A stretch of DNA of 64,000 nt, from positions 1,142 to 65,141 of the forward strand of contig SUUQ01000006.1 of NCBI GenBank assembly GCA_015062445.1. The letters run 5' to 3'. This DNA comes from Alphaproteobacteria bacterium (lineage in GTDB: Bacteria; Pseudomonadota; Alphaproteobacteria; Rs-D84). The notes beneath the pieces are model-generated. The model saw only the letters and a program-made list of their open reading frames with translations, searched no databases and was not told where the DNA came from. The translations under genes were made by a program, and so were the position numbers. Each line of letters opens with the position of its first letter. The stretch's first letter is position 1. Positions 1 to 10,563 of this stretch are shown here, piece after piece.

Positions 1-31
1 CGACTTTTTTCTTAGCTTTTGTAACTGCCAT
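1..31 (-). CDS. rpsK: 30S ribosomal protein S11, N-terminal fragment (runs off the window edge)
   Basis: ATG at 31 reads MAVTKAKKKV; AAGGAA RBS upstream; lies directly after rpsM. Confidence 0.8.
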   Translation of the reverse strand, partial: MAVTKAKKKV

Positions 32-102
32 TTTTATTATTCCTTTTTCGATGTCTTCAATTAACTATGGTGTTAATCTCTACCTTATTAAAAAATCAAG
101 AG

Positions 103-182
103 AACGTTATAGATGCGAAGTTGTTGGCGAACGAAGTGTACAAATGCTACACCAGCAGCCACCAACAAGCAGATATGACGTT
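103..182. repeat. Diverged member of the ~100-bp palindromic repeat family
   Basis: aacgttata...ttgttgg...gtgtacaaatgctacac...ccaacaa...tatgacgtt; self-complementary, core shared with copies at 17.9, 45.1 and 50.7 kb. Confidence 0.7.
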
Positions 183-192
183 ATATTAATTT

Positions 193-570
193 TTATTTAC
201 CCTTGGTTGCGGAACCTGCGACCACAACACGTTTACCTTTACGTGTACGGGCATTTGTCTGTGTACGCTGCCCACGCACCGGCAAGCGGTTACGATGGCG
301 AATACCACGATATGTTTTCAAATCCTGCAGACGTTTAATGTTCATTGTAACTTCACGACGAACATCACCTTCTACCTTAAAGTTATCTTCGATATAATTA
401 GAAATTTTGATAACATCCTCGTCTGTCAAGTCTTTTGCGCGCAACCCGTCTTTTAACTTCAATGCTTCACAGATTTGTGCCGATTTTGCTGGCCCAATAC
501 CATGAATATATTGCAACGCAATTTCGATACGTTTTTCAGTCGGAATGTTAACACCTGCTATACGTGCCAT
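193..570 (-). CDS. rpsM: 30S ribosomal protein S13
   Basis: [10 protein letters not shown]...[26 protein letters not shown]. Confidence 0.98.
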   Translation of the reverse strand: MARIAGVNIPTEKRIEIALQYIHGIGPAKSAQICEALKLKDGLRAKDLTDEDVIKISNYIEDNFKVEGDVRREVTMNIKRLQDLKTYRGIRHRNRLPVRGQRTQTNARTRKGKRVVVAGSATKGK

Positions 571-671
571 TTTATATTTTCCTTTTTATTTTACTTAACA
601 CAGGTCTCAGTCCACCTAATCCCTGCACCTATTTAAACCCATTTTCATGGGCTATTTTATTTTGCCGAATA

Positions 672-699
672 ATTTTATACAAAATCCGACAAAAGTCAA
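672..699 (-). promoter_or_regulatory. Putative sigma70 promoter for rpsM-rpsK
   Basis: TTGACT-16 nt-TAAAAT on the minus strand between secY and rpsM. Confidence 0.55.
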
Positions 700-727
700 A
701 TCTTACTTTACGCAACCGCAGACTACA

Positions 728-2041
728 TCAACGGAAACGTCCCTTCTTTTGTGTTTTTTTAATAACACCGCTGTACTGTTTTGCAACCAGATACGATTGA
801 ACCTGATTAACAGTATCCAAAACCACACCTGCCACAATCAATACACTGGTTCCACCGATTGCCAAAGGCATCCCCAAATGAGTATTCAAGATAATTGGCA
901 ACACACAAACAACAATTAAATACGCAACACCAATTGCTGTTGTGCGTGACACAACATTATCCAAAAACTTTATTGTCTGTTCACCTGGACGAACACCTGG
1001 GACATAACCACCTGCATTTTTCAAATTATTACTGGTTTCTTCCGAATTAAAGATAACAGCGGTCTGAAAATATGCAAAGAACGCAATCAGAACTGTGAAT
1101 AACAAAATATATGACCACGTTCCATATGTAAAGAATCCCAAGATTGTCTGTACTGTTAAATTTTCGCTTTGCACGAAACGCTGAACGAATGCAGGCAACA
1201 TCATAATTGAAGAAGCAAACACTGGCCCCATAACCCCTGACATATTGATTTTGATTGGCAAATAAGATGCATTTTGATTAACAACACCATTTGCCATAAC
1301 CTGCCGTGGGTACAAGATTTGGATTCTACGTTGCGCCTGTTCAAAGAACGCAATCAATGCTACAATACCGACAACAAATGCAATAACCAACGCAATCATC
1401 GCAGGCGAAATCTGCCCCACCGACCCCAAGGATACCAACTGTGCAATACCACCTGGAACCTCGGCAATAATTCCCGCAAAGATTAACAATGATGCCCCCT
1501 GCCCGATACCACGTGCAGTAATCTGTTCCGCTAACCACATAACGAACACCGTACCACCAACCAACGCAATAACTGCGGACAATTCGAATGTAAATCCAGG
1601 ATTCACAACCGCCGCCACACCATTAACAGGCGCCATCATTTCCAAACCACGTACCACTGCCCATCCCTGAACCACCGCCAGAAACACCGCCAAGTAACGT
1701 GTATATTGGTTAATTTTAACACGTCCAGATTCACCCTCTTTACGCAATTCCCCCAGGGATTTACTGGTTGCACTCAACAATTGCAATACGATAGATGCCG
1801 AGATATATGGAAAGATATTCAATGCCAACACTGACATACGTGACAGCGATCCACCACTGAACATATCAAACATTCCCATCATTCCATTATCGCCCTGAAA
1901 CAGGTGCAAAACCGCCGATGCATTAACACCAGGCAGTGGAATAAATGCGCCAATACGATAAACAATCAGTGCCCCCAACGTAAACAAAATACGCTTTTGT
2001 AAATCTGTCAGGTTTCCAAAAAATCCTTTCAAGAATTTCAT
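728..2041 (-). CDS. secY: Preprotein translocase subunit SecY
   Basis: Multiple TM segments; FPYISASIVLQLL, GGYVPGVRPGEQT, GGTSVLI motifs; follows rplO. Confidence 0.98.
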   Translation of the reverse strand: MKFLKGFFGNLTDLQKRILFTLGALIVYRIGAFIPLPGVNASAVLHLFQGDNGMMGMFDMFSGGSLSRMSVLALNIFPYISASIVLQLLSATSKSLGELRKEGESGRVKINQYTRYLAVFLAVVQGWAVVRGLEMMAPVNGVAAVVNPGFTFELSAVIALVGGTVFVMWLAEQITARGIGQGASLLIFAGIIAEVPGGIAQLVSLGSVGQISPAMIALVIAFVVGIVALIAFFEQAQRRIQILYPRQVMANGVVNQNASYLPIKINMSGVMGPVFASSIMMLPAFVQRFVQSENLTVQTILGFFTYGTWSYILLFTVLIAFFAYFQTAVIFNSEETSNNLKNAGGYVPGVRPGEQTIKFLDNVVSRTTAIGVAYLIVVCVLPIILNTHLGMPLAIGGTSVLIVAGVVLDTVNQVQSYLVAKQYSGVIKKTQKKGRFR

Positions 2042-2118
2042 AACGAATGAACTTTTTTGTTATCAGTTTTCAGGCACCAGAACATCCAGTCACCTGAAAA
2101 CTGTGTTATATACATTTC

Positions 2119-2577
2119 TTAGTTATTTTTGATTGTGCCGCCAGCTTTAACAATCGCTTCTTCTGCTGCCTTGGACCATTTATCCGCAACAACATTAACA
2201 GCAGATTTGATTTCGCCTTTTGCCAAAACCTTCAATCCACTCATTTTACGATTGATAATCTTTGCTGTCATCAAAGAATCGATTGTAATATCCTTGCTTG
2301 CATCAATTTTACCTGCTGCGATGAATTTTTCAATATCGCCCAGGTTAATTGTCACATATTCTTTTGCAAACGGGTTATTAAATCCGAACTTTGGAAAGCG
2401 ACGCAAGATTGGCATCTGTCCGCCCTGGAAAGTTGCCTGTTTCCGTGAACCACTGCGTGCTTTTTGCCCTTTGTGACCACGACCAGCTGTTTTACCAGAA
2501 CCAGACCCAATACCACGACCAACACGTGTTGCGTTTTGACGTGCACCAAAATTATCCATCAATGCATTTAATTTCAT
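2119..2577 (-). CDS. rplO: 50S ribosomal protein L15
   Basis: RVGRGIGSGSGKTAGRGHKGQKARSG, GGQMPILRRFPKFGF. Confidence 0.98.
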   Translation of the reverse strand: MKLNALMDNFGARQNATRVGRGIGSGSGKTAGRGHKGQKARSGSRKQATFQGGQMPILRRFPKFGFNNPFAKEYVTINLGDIEKFIAAGKIDASKDITIDSLMTAKIINRKMSGLKVLAKGEIKSAVNVVADKWSKAAEEAIVKAGGTIKNN

Positions 2578-2664
2578 TTCTTTTTCCTTTTATCCTATAA
2601 CTACCTATGTAGTTCTTTGTCGCACATAAACAAGTACACTGTTTACATACTCGGTTAAATATTT

Positions 2665-2841
2665 TTATTCAGCGATTTCGACCAAATGTGAAACTTTTGC
2701 AACCATACCACGTACAGATGCACTATCTTCAACTTCCTTGGTCTTACCGATACGTCCCAGGCCCAATGCTTTCACAATTTTAACCTGTGATTCTGGACGC
2801 CCAATAGTACTTCTAACTTGCTTTACAACTATCTTAGCCAT
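2665..2841 (-). CDS. rpmD: 50S ribosomal protein L30 (58 aa, not in the ORF track)
   Basis: Manual translation MAKIVVKQVRSTIGRPESQVKIVKALGLGRIGKTKEVEDSASVRGMVAKVSHLVEIAE; lies between rpsE and rplO. Confidence 0.95.
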   Translation of the reverse strand: MAKIVVKQVRSTIGRPESQVKIVKALGLGRIGKTKEVEDSASVRGMVAKVSHLVEIAE

Positions 2842-2871
2842 AATTCAAACTCCTCTTATCTTCTGTCCAGA

Positions 2872-3429
2872 TTATTTTGCATCATCTGCTGCTACTTCTA
2901 ATTTTTTACCATCACGACCTGCGATGATTTCTGCAACAGTCTTACCACGACGTGCTGCCACTGTCTTTGGAGAATTCATTTTACTGAATGCCAAGAAAGC
3001 TGCACGAATCATGTTGTTTGGATTATTTGACCCTTGTGATTTAACAACAACGTCCTGCACACCCAAACATTCAAAAACTGCACGCAACGCACCACCTGCG
3101 ATAATACCAGTACCTGGAACAGCACTGCGCACAACCAGTTTGCTTGCACCATATTTTGCTGCACTATCGTGATGCAATGTACGACCTTCCTTCAGTGGAA
3201 CACGCAACATTTTTGCTTTTGCTGCCTTTGTTGCTTTCTGAACAGCAGCTTGCACTTCCAATGCTTTACCCTTACCAAATCCGACGCGTCCTGCCTTATC
3301 TCCGACCACAACCAGTGCCGAGAAAGACATATTACGACCGCCCTTAACAGTTTTAGACACACGATTGATAGATACTAATTTATCTACCAAATTATCCGTC
3401 TGTACTTTTTTATCTTCAAAACGTGCCAT
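2872..3429 (-). CDS. rpsE: 30S ribosomal protein S5
   Basis: [24 protein letters not shown]; start moved to MARF at 3429 (GGAG RBS). Confidence 0.97.
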   Translation of the reverse strand: MARFEDKKVQTDNLVDKLVSINRVSKTVKGGRNMSFSALVVVGDKAGRVGFGKGKALEVQAAVQKATKAAKAKMLRVPLKEGRTLHHDSAAKYGASKLVVRSAVPGTGIIAGGALRAVFECLGVQDVVVKSQGSNNPNNMIRAAFLAFSKMNSPKTVAARRGKTVAEIIAGRDGKKLEVAADDAK

Positions 3430-3452
3430 TATTATACTCCGTCTTATACAAA

Positions 3453-3809
3453 TTAAATTCTTACACCACCTGCGCGGATTGCTTCGCACAGTGCCTTTAC
3501 ACGACCATGATAGCGATAACCACCACGATCAAAATAACAATTATCGGCAATACTTGCAGCGACTACACGTTCTGCAAACACTTTACCAACCAGTTCGGCA
3601 CCAGCAACATTCCATCCCTTTGCCGCAAATCCTTTTTCCTTAGACGAAGCAGCACAGATTGTATGACCTTTGGTATCATCAATCGCCTGGATTTCAATAT
3701 GACGACCAGAACGGAACACTGACAAACGGATTTTGCCAGGATTTTTTCTTTTCAACGCACCCCGATTTTTCAGTGTACGTCTTTCTTCCGAGTTTAAATG
3801 TTTTAACAT
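3453..3809 (-). CDS. rplR: 50S ribosomal protein L18
   Basis: [33 protein letters not shown]. Confidence 0.97.
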   Translation of the reverse strand: MLKHLNSEERRTLKNRGALKRKNPGKIRLSVFRSGRHIEIQAIDDTKGHTICAASSKEKGFAAKGWNVAGAELVGKVFAERVVAASIADNCYFDRGGYRYHGRVKALCEAIRAGGVRI

Positions 3810-3865
3810 TTTCTTTTTCCCTTTTTTCCGATATCCGTAACAGCGGACATCAAAGTTGTTAACGA

Positions 3866-4417
3866 TTATTTCTTTTTACCTTCTTTACGGCGGATTTTTT
3901 CACCCTTATAGAAGATACCTTTACCCTTATATGGGTCCGCTTTGCGTACTTTATGAATTTTGTCCGCAAATTGTCCAACCAAACACTTGTCCATCCCCTT
4001 GACAGTAAATTCTGTTGGTGTTGCCCCCATTTCAACGGTCAAACCTGCTGGGATATCCATGATAACATCATGTGAATAACCTGCAACCAAGACCAACTGA
4101 GTACCCTTTACAGATGCCTTATAACCAACACCTTTCATATACATTGGTTTTTCAAAGCCCTTTGACACCCCCAGCACCGCATTACGGATATTGCGTGCCA
4201 TTGTCCCCCACATTGTACGAGACTGCTTTTCATCTGCATCTTTTGGGTTAATAACAACCTGACCATCTTCGATAACGATATCGACCAATCCGGCATTTTT
4301 TGTATCCAAGGCCAATTTCAGTTCCCCTTTTGGGCCCTTTACGACCAATGCGTTGTCAGCAATTGCCACACTAACGCCTTCAGCTAATTTAACTGGATAT
4401 TTTCCTGCACGTGACAT
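3866..4417 (-). CDS. rplF: 50S ribosomal protein L6
   Basis: MSRAGKYPV, VKGPKGEL, GVGYKA, PYKGKGI. Confidence 0.98.
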   Translation of the reverse strand: MSRAGKYPVKLAEGVSVAIADNALVVKGPKGELKLALDTKNAGLVDIVIEDGQVVINPKDADEKQSRTMWGTMARNIRNAVLGVSKGFEKPMYMKGVGYKASVKGTQLVLVAGYSHDVIMDIPAGLTVEMGATPTEFTVKGMDKCLVGQFADKIHKVRKADPYKGKGIFYKGEKIRRKEGKKK

Positions 4418-4435
4418 ACTTAAACCTCGCTTATA

Positions 4436-4834
4436 TTATATAACCTTGCACAATACTTCGCCACCGACATTCATCAAGCGTGCTTTATGATCTGTCATAA
4501 CGCCATTTGGTGTTGAAACAATTGCGATACCCAAGCCGTTCAGAACCTTTGGCATTTTTGCACTGCCGGAATAAACACGGCGACCTGGCTTAGACACAAC
4601 AGAAATTTCCTGAATTGCCCCATTTCCACCGACATACTTCAATTCAATGACCAAATTTGAACGATGTTCATCAATTTGTTCGATGCGGAAATCTGCAATA
4701 AAACCTTCTTCTTTTAATACAGACAAAACTGCCTGACGCAATTTGCTGTTTGGGACGATAATGGTTTCTTTACCTGCATTTTGACCATTACGGATGCGGG
4801 TAACCATATCTCCGATTGGGTGTGATAATGACAT
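4436..4834 (-). CDS. rpsH: 30S ribosomal protein S8
   Basis: PIGDMVTRIRNGQ, SKPGRRVY, GLGIAIVSTPNGVMTD. Confidence 0.98.
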   Translation of the reverse strand: MSLSHPIGDMVTRIRNGQNAGKETIIVPNSKLRQAVLSVLKEEGFIADFRIEQIDEHRSNLVIELKYVGGNGAIQEISVVSKPGRRVYSGSAKMPKVLNGLGIAIVSTPNGVMTDHKARLMNVGGEVLCKVI

Positions 4835-4914
4835 CTTTATACTCCTTATCGTATCAGGGACTACCTGAACAGATTATCTACAACTGCATTGTCCACAGTT
4901 GGATTTTGATTAAT

Positions 4915-5217
4915 TTACCAGCTGGACTTACGTACACCTGGCAGTTTACCTTCACTGGCCAATGTACGCAGTTGCTGACGACACAGACCGAACAAACGTG
5001 AATAACCACGGGAACGACCTGTTACACTGCAACGATTGCGCAAACGAGTTTTGTTTGCATTACGTGGCAATTTTGCCAACTTTTTCATTGCATCAATTCT
5101 TTCTTCTGGTGTCGCATTAACAGACATTTTTGCCTTGATTGCATCATGCTTTTTTGCATACTGTGCGACCAGCTTTTCACGTTTATGTTGTTTATTAATT
5201 AACGCTAATTTAGCCAT
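4915..5217 (-). CDS. rpsN: 30S ribosomal protein S14 (long form lacking the full Zn ligand set)
   Basis: [32 protein letters not shown]. Confidence 0.97.
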   Translation of the reverse strand: MAKLALINKQHKREKLVAQYAKKHDAIKAKMSVNATPEERIDAMKKLAKLPRNANKTRLRNRCSVTGRSRGYSRLFGLCRQQLRTLASEGKLPGVRKSSW

Positions 5218-5237
5218 TTTATTTCAACCTTTTTTAC

Positions 5238-5789
5238 TTATTTCAAAACCAATGGCAAGCCGATTTTAGTCAGCAATGCACGTGCTTCTTCATCTGTTTT
5301 TGCAGTTGTTGCAATAACAACATCCATACCACGAATGGCATCAATTTTATCTACAGAAATTTCTGGAAAGATTAAATGTTCTTTGATACCGAACGCATAG
5401 TTTCCACGGCCATCAAACTTTGACTTTGACAAGCCACGAAAGTCTTTTACACGTGGCAATGCAACTGTAATCATTTTATCCAAGAAATCATACATACGTT
5501 TACCACGCAGTGTAACTTTTGTGCCGATTTCCTGACCTTCACGCAAACGATATGTTGCGATTGATTTTTTTGCACGTGTTTTAATTGCTTTTTGTGCTGC
5601 AATTGCTGTCAAATCTGCAACCGCTGCATCCAGTTTCTTTTTATCAGAAACCGCTTCACCAACGCCCATGTTCAAAACAATTTTTGTCAGTTTTGGAACT
5701 GCGAACGCATTTTTGTAGCCGAATTCTTTAATTAATTCTGGCACAATTTCTTTTTCATATACTTCACGCAATCTGCTTTGCATTTTCAT
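5238..5789 (-). CDS. rplE: 50S ribosomal protein L5
   Basis: [33 protein letters not shown]; start moved to 5789 (or 5783). Confidence 0.97.
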   Translation of the reverse strand: MKMQSRLREVYEKEIVPELIKEFGYKNAFAVPKLTKIVLNMGVGEAVSDKKKLDAAVADLTAIAAQKAIKTRAKKSIATYRLREGQEIGTKVTLRGKRMYDFLDKMITVALPRVKDFRGLSKSKFDGRGNYAFGIKEHLIFPEISVDKIDAIRGMDVVIATTAKTDEEARALLTKIGLPLVLK

Positions 5790-5837
5790 ATTCCTTTTGT
5801 TGTGTCCCCGTAACAGCGGGCAACAATTCACCTGTTA

Positions 5838-6140
5838 TTAAATTTCCGCACCAGATTTTTTTGCAACGCGAACCTTTTTACCATTTTCAATTTTGTATCC
5901 AACGCGAGATGCCTTCTTTGCCTTTGCATCAAAGATTGCAACATTAGACACATGAATTGGTGCTTCGCGATCAATAATATGACCTGGCTGTTCCTGTGTT
6001 GGTTTGATGTGCCATTTACGGCGATTAACACCTTCTACCACCACACGTTCTTCTGCTGGGCGTGCTTCCAGTACTTTACCTTTGACGCCTTTGTATTTTC
6101 CCGAAATAACTACGACTTCGTCGCCTTTTTTAATTTTCAT
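5838..6140 (-). CDS. rplX: 50S ribosomal protein L24
   Basis: [21 protein letters not shown] motif, EAPIHVSNV. Confidence 0.97.
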   Translation of the reverse strand: MKIKKGDEVVVISGKYKGVKGKVLEARPAEERVVVEGVNRRKWHIKPTQEQPGHIIDREAPIHVSNVAIFDAKAKKASRVGYKIENGKKVRVAKKSGAEI

Positions 6141-6164
6141 TTTATGACCTTCCATCTGTTATTT

Positions 6165-6539
6165 TTAGATTACTTCTGGTGCCAAAGACACGATTTTCTG
6201 AACATCGTATTTACGACGAACTTCACGGGCGATTGGCCCAAAGATACGTGTTCCAATTGGTTCAAAGTTGTTTTTATTAATCAAAACAACTGCATTATCG
6301 TCAAAACGGATAATTGATCCATCTGGACGTTTTACTGGGAACTTTGTACGAACGATAATTGCACGCTGCACAGTACCTTTTTGAACTTTACCACGTGGAA
6401 TGGCTTCTTTAATTGCGACAACAATTTTGTCGCCAACTGTTGCATAGCGGCGATGAGAACCACCCAACACCTTGATACACATTGCCTTGCGTGCACCACT
6501 GTTGTCTGCAACGGTCATAACTGTTTCATTTTGAATCAT
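6165..6539 (-). CDS. rplN: 50S ribosomal protein L14
   Basis: [40 protein letters not shown]. Confidence 0.98.
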   Translation of the reverse strand: MIQNETVMTVADNSGARKAMCIKVLGGSHRRYATVGDKIVVAIKEAIPRGKVQKGTVQRAIIVRTKFPVKRPDGSIIRFDDNAVVLINKNNFEPIGTRIFGPIAREVRRKYDVQKIVSLAPEVI

Positions 6540-6653
6540 AACTTTAATCCTTTTCCTGCAGGCAGGGCAATCCCCCACCGCTTTGTTCTTGGGTTCCGAC
6601 TGTCGCACATATTTCAATCCCGAAATGCAACCTCAAAGACCCCGTTTGATTAT

Positions 6654-6923
6654 TTAGTCTACTACTTCTACTGCATCGTCTTTAGAAACACCAACGCGCC
6701 CCTTAACAACCCAAGACTTTGTCTTAGAGATTGGACGATGTTCTTCAATTGCCACGATTTCACCAACTTTGAATTCATTGTTTTCATCGTGTGCTTTGTA
6801 CTTTTTATTCTGCTTAACGAACTTACCATACAGTGGGTGACGGAAACGGCGTTCTACTTCTACAACGACTGTTTTGTCATTTGCTGTACTTACAACTGTT
6901 CCTTGCAGTATACGTCTTGGCAT
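6654..6923 (-). CDS. rpsQ: 30S ribosomal protein S17
   Basis: [27 protein letters not shown]. Confidence 0.98.
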   Translation of the reverse strand: MPRRILQGTVVSTANDKTVVVEVERRFRHPLYGKFVKQNKKYKAHDENNEFKVGEIVAIEEHRPISKTKSWVVKGRVGVSKDDAVEVVD

Positions 6924-7074
6924 AACTTATATCCCTTATGCTTGTTATTTAACCCACGGAATTTACATCATTTTTGACACAAAAACACATGGATTAAAAC
7001 CTTGTTCTTACTAATCTGACCCCGTATATATTATCTAAAAATTTAGAAATATCAACAAAAATCAGCAATTTTGT

Positions 7075-7266
7075 TTATTTTTTTGCCGCGTTCAGTTTTG
7101 TCTTTACACGTGCAATTTCACGACGGGTCTGACGCATAACATGTGTTTTTGGCATCTGACCTGCTGCATGTTGAAAACGTTGATTCATTTGTTCTTTTTT
7201 CAAATCAGTCAACTTGCTTTCCAATGCTTCAATCGTCAATTCTGTTTCAACTTTTTTTTCTGCCAT
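7075..7266 (-). CDS. rpmC: 50S ribosomal protein L29
   Basis: LKKEQMNQRFQHAAGQ, RREIARVKT. Confidence 0.95.
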   Translation of the reverse strand: MAEKKVETELTIEALESKLTDLKKEQMNQRFQHAAGQMPKTHVMRQTRREIARVKTKLNAAKK

Positions 7267-7323
7267 TTTTAGCTACCTTTTTTTGCCCTGCCCCGGGAAA
7301 AACTCCCCGGGCATGCATTAATT

Positions 7324-7737
7324 TTAGTTAACCTTACGTTCAACAACTTTTGTTTTCACTGGCAATTTTGCAGCTGCCAATGCGAATGCTTCGTATGCAA
7401 CTTCTGGTTTAACACCATCCAGTTCGAACATAATACGACCTGGCTTTACACGGCAAATCCAGTATTCAACAGCCCCTTTACCTTTACCCATACGAACTTC
7501 GGCTGGTTTCTTGGTAACAGGAACATCTGGGAAAATACGAATCCACAGTTTACCCATACGACGCATATGACGTGTGATTGCACGACGTGCAGCTTCGATT
7601 TGACGCGCTGTGACACGTTCTGGCGACAATGCCTTCAGTCCGAACGAACCGAATGCTAAATCGCTGCCACCTTTCGCAACACCGTGAATACGGCCTTTGT
7701 GTTGTTTGCGAAATTTAGTTTTCTTTGGCATTAACAT
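7324..7737 (-). CDS. rplP: 50S ribosomal protein L16
   Basis: [22 protein letters not shown]. Confidence 0.98.
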   Translation of the reverse strand: MLMPKKTKFRKQHKGRIHGVAKGGSDLAFGSFGLKALSPERVTARQIEAARRAITRHMRRMGKLWIRIFPDVPVTKKPAEVRMGKGKGAVEYWICRVKPGRIMFELDGVKPEVAYEAFALAAAKLPVKTKVVERKVN

Positions 7738-7774
7738 AATACAAACCTTTTATTTCTAATAATTGTGTTAATTA

Positions 7775-8476
7775 TTATTTGTGCTTTCTTTCGCTGGAAC
7801 CGGCATATTCTGTTGGACGTGCCATTTCAGATGCCAACTTATCCTTGTTCACAACATCACCTGTGTAAATCCAAACTTTTACACCGATAACACCATATGT
7901 TGTCTTGGCCTGGATTGACGCATAGTCAATATCTGCACGCAAAGTGTGCAGTGGGATACGGCCTTCACGGATTTGTTCACTACGTGCGATTTCTGCACCA
8001 TTCAGACGCCCACTGCACATAACTTTGATACCCTGGGCACCTGCTTTCTGTGCGTTCTGCACTGCTTTTTTCATTGCACGCTTAAAGGAAACACGACCTT
8101 CGATTTGCTGTGCAATATTCTGCGCAACCAATTGCGCATTCAGGTCTGGACGGCGCACTTCGTAAATATTTACGACAACCTGGTCATTTTTAACCAATTT
8201 TTTGATATCGTTACGCAAAGCTTCGATATCAGCACCGTTCTTACCAATAATCATACCAGGTCTGCTGGTATGAATCGTCACAACCACCTTTTTAGCAAAG
8301 CGTTCAATAACAACTTTGGCCAAACCGGCTTTCTTTAACTTTTTTTCGATAAACTTGCGAATTTTCAAATCTTCTGCCAATTTTGGCGCATATTCTTTTT
8401 TATTCGCAATCCAACGTGAATCAGTAATTTTATTAATAAACTCACGCAGTGAAATTGGTGATACTTTCTGTCCCAT
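7775..8476 (-). CDS. rpsC: 30S ribosomal protein S3
   Basis: [31 protein letters not shown]. Confidence 0.98.
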   Translation of the reverse strand: MGQKVSPISLREFINKITDSRWIANKKEYAPKLAEDLKIRKFIEKKLKKAGLAKVVIERFAKKVVVTIHTSRPGMIIGKNGADIEALRNDIKKLVKNDQVVVNIYEVRRPDLNAQLVAQNIAQQIEGRVSFKRAMKKAVQNAQKAGAQGIKVMCSGRLNGAEIARSEQIREGRIPLHTLRADIDYASIQAKTTYGVIGVKVWIYTGDVVNKDKLASEMARPTEYAGSSERKHK

Positions 8477-8570
8477 TTTCTTTTTCCTTAGATTATACGG
8501 AGGGGCGTTCTTGAAGTGTTTCCACTTTATTCAGGAATTTTCATTCCATACCGCCCCACCATGACATACC

Positions 8571-8975
8571 TTATTTTGTTGTTTCTTTTTTTGCAGTTTT
8601 CTTTTTTGATGGTGCTACACCTGATTCCAAAACGATTGTCAAATTCGAGAACGGTTTCAGAATTGGACGTGCACTGCCACGTGGACCTGCCATGATGCGT
8701 TTCATTGTTAATGCTTTGCCGCACCAAATTTCTTTGACGAACAAAGTATCAACAGGCAACTTTTTATTATGTTCTGCATTTGCAACTGCAGACAACAAAG
8801 TCTTTAACACTTCACCTGCAACACGTTTTTTTGAAAACTTCAAGACATCAACTGCACGATCTACTGGCAAACCACGAACCATATCGCATACCAGGTTCAA
8901 CTTCTGATGGCTAACGCGGATCATTTTGTTGAATGCACGTACTTGATTTTCTTTAATTCCATATCTTTCTGTCAT
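8571..8975 (-). CDS. rplV: 50S ribosomal protein L22
   Basis: IRVSHQKLNLVCDMVRG, LLSAVANAEHN; operon position. Confidence 0.96.
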   Translation of the reverse strand: MTERYGIKENQVRAFNKMIRVSHQKLNLVCDMVRGLPVDRAVDVLKFSKKRVAGEVLKTLLSAVANAEHNKKLPVDTLFVKEIWCGKALTMKRIMAGPRGSARPILKPFSNLTIVLESGVAPSKKKTAKKETTK

Positions 8976-8991
8976 AACTTACCACCCTATA

Positions 8992-9279
8992 TTATTTTTT
9001 GCCTGCGGCTGCTTTTTTATTTGCTGCATGACCTTTGAAAGTACGAGTTGGTGCAAATTCACCCAACTTATGACCAATCATATCTTCTACGATTGACACA
9101 GGGATAAACTTATTACCATTGTGTACTTCGAATGTCAGCCCCACCATTGGTGGCACAATTGTGCTGCCACGGGACCAGGTTTTAATTGGTTTACGGTCAT
9201 CTTTTTCAATTGCCGCTGCTGTTTTCTTCAAGACAGACGGATGAACATAAGGACCTTTCCATACTGAACGAGACATCAT
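8992..9279 (-). CDS. rpsS: 30S ribosomal protein S19
   Basis: [29 protein letters not shown]. Confidence 0.98.
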   Translation of the reverse strand: MMSRSVWKGPYVHPSVLKKTAAAIEKDDRKPIKTWSRGSTIVPPMVGLTFEVHNGNKFIPVSIVEDMIGHKLGEFAPTRTFKGHAANKKAAAGKK

Positions 9280-9298
9280 TTACTCCGTTTTTTACTTA

Positions 9299-10132
9299 TT
9301 ATTTCTTTTTCGCCAAATGTCTGCTGCGGATAATCATCCGTGCAGTACGTTTATTGCTACGGGTACGATATCCCTTGGCTGGGATACCAGTACGTGATAC
9401 CGGTTCGTGGCCCTTAGAATGACCATTACCACCACCCATTGGGTGATCTACTGGGTTCATTGCCATACCACGTACAGATGGGCGAATACCCAACCAACGT
9501 GCACGACCTGCTTTACCCAGGTTGACATTGCGCTGATCTGGATTAGACACACTGCCAACTGTTGCCAAACAATCGGAATGAACTTTACGCAACTCGCCAC
9601 TGTTCATTTTAATCTGTGCATAAACACCGTCTTTACCCATCAGCTGCGCATAGCAACCTGCACTGCGTGCCAACTGACCACCTGCGCCTGGTTTTAATTC
9701 GACGTTATGAACGATTGTACCGATTGGCATATTTTTCAATGGCATTGCATTACCCGGCTTAATATCTGCATATTGTGCCGCGATAACAACATCGCCCGCT
9801 TTCAAATCACGTGGTGCCAAGATATAAGAACGCACACCATCTGTATATTCGATTAATGCGATAAATGCTGTACGGTTTGGATCATATTCCAAACGAACAA
9901 CTGTCGCCGGAACATCCATTTTTTTGCGTTTAAAGTCAATCAAACGATATTTACGTTTATGACCACCACCTTGGTGCATGACTGTTACATGACCAAAATT
10001 ATTACGTCCACCTTTGGACTTCAAACCAACTGTCAATGCCTTTTCTGGGGCACCACGATGCAGTTCACTGCGGTCAACCTGTGTCAAACCACGTGTACCT
10101 GGTGTTGTTGGCTTATAATGTTTCAATGCCAT
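9299..10132 (-). CDS. rplB: 50S ribosomal protein L2
   Basis: [28 protein letters not shown]. Confidence 0.98.
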   Translation of the reverse strand: MALKHYKPTTPGTRGLTQVDRSELHRGAPEKALTVGLKSKGGRNNFGHVTVMHQGGGHKRKYRLIDFKRKKMDVPATVVRLEYDPNRTAFIALIEYTDGVRSYILAPRDLKAGDVVIAAQYADIKPGNAMPLKNMPIGTIVHNVELKPGAGGQLARSAGCYAQLMGKDGVYAQIKMNSGELRKVHSDCLATVGSVSNPDQRNVNLGKAGRARWLGIRPSVRGMAMNPVDHPMGGGNGHSKGHEPVSRTGIPAKGYRTRSNKRTARMIIRSRHLAKKK

Positions 10133-10205
10133 TTTTTTATCCTTTTTTATACCCTGACACTAGCATCCACGTATACTGGGTTCTCTGCCAGGGCCAATTA
10201 TTATA

Positions 10206-10538
10206 CTATAAATTTGCTGACAAATCCAGTTTTGCATCTGCCGGCAAAGATACATATGCCTTTTTCACAGTACGTTGTGTACCTGTGCTGCGACCACGGA
10301 AAGTTTTCACTTTGCCTTTAACAACCACGATGTTAACTTTTGTTGGTTTAACACCATAGATTGCCTGAACGGCACGTGCCACATCTTCTTTTGTCGCATC
10401 TGCTGCAACTTCGAACGCAACACCGTTGTTTTCGGACAGTTGTGCAGCTTTTTCCGAGATAATCGGACGACGCAGTATATCATAAATACCTGCTGTCGCA
10501 ACGATTTTTTTCTCTGTATTAACTTTTTTTTCTGCCAT
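10206..10538 (-). CDS. rplW: 50S ribosomal protein L23
   Basis: YDILRRPIISEKA, KKAYVSL; start moved to MAEKK at 10538. Confidence 0.95.
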   Translation of the reverse strand: MAEKKVNTEKKIVATAGIYDILRRPIISEKAAQLSENNGVAFEVAADATKEDVARAVQAIYGVKPTKVNIVVVKGKVKTFRGRSTGTQRTVKKAYVSLPADAKLDLSANL

Positions 10539-10563
10539 TTTGCTTACCTCAATTCTTGACTGA

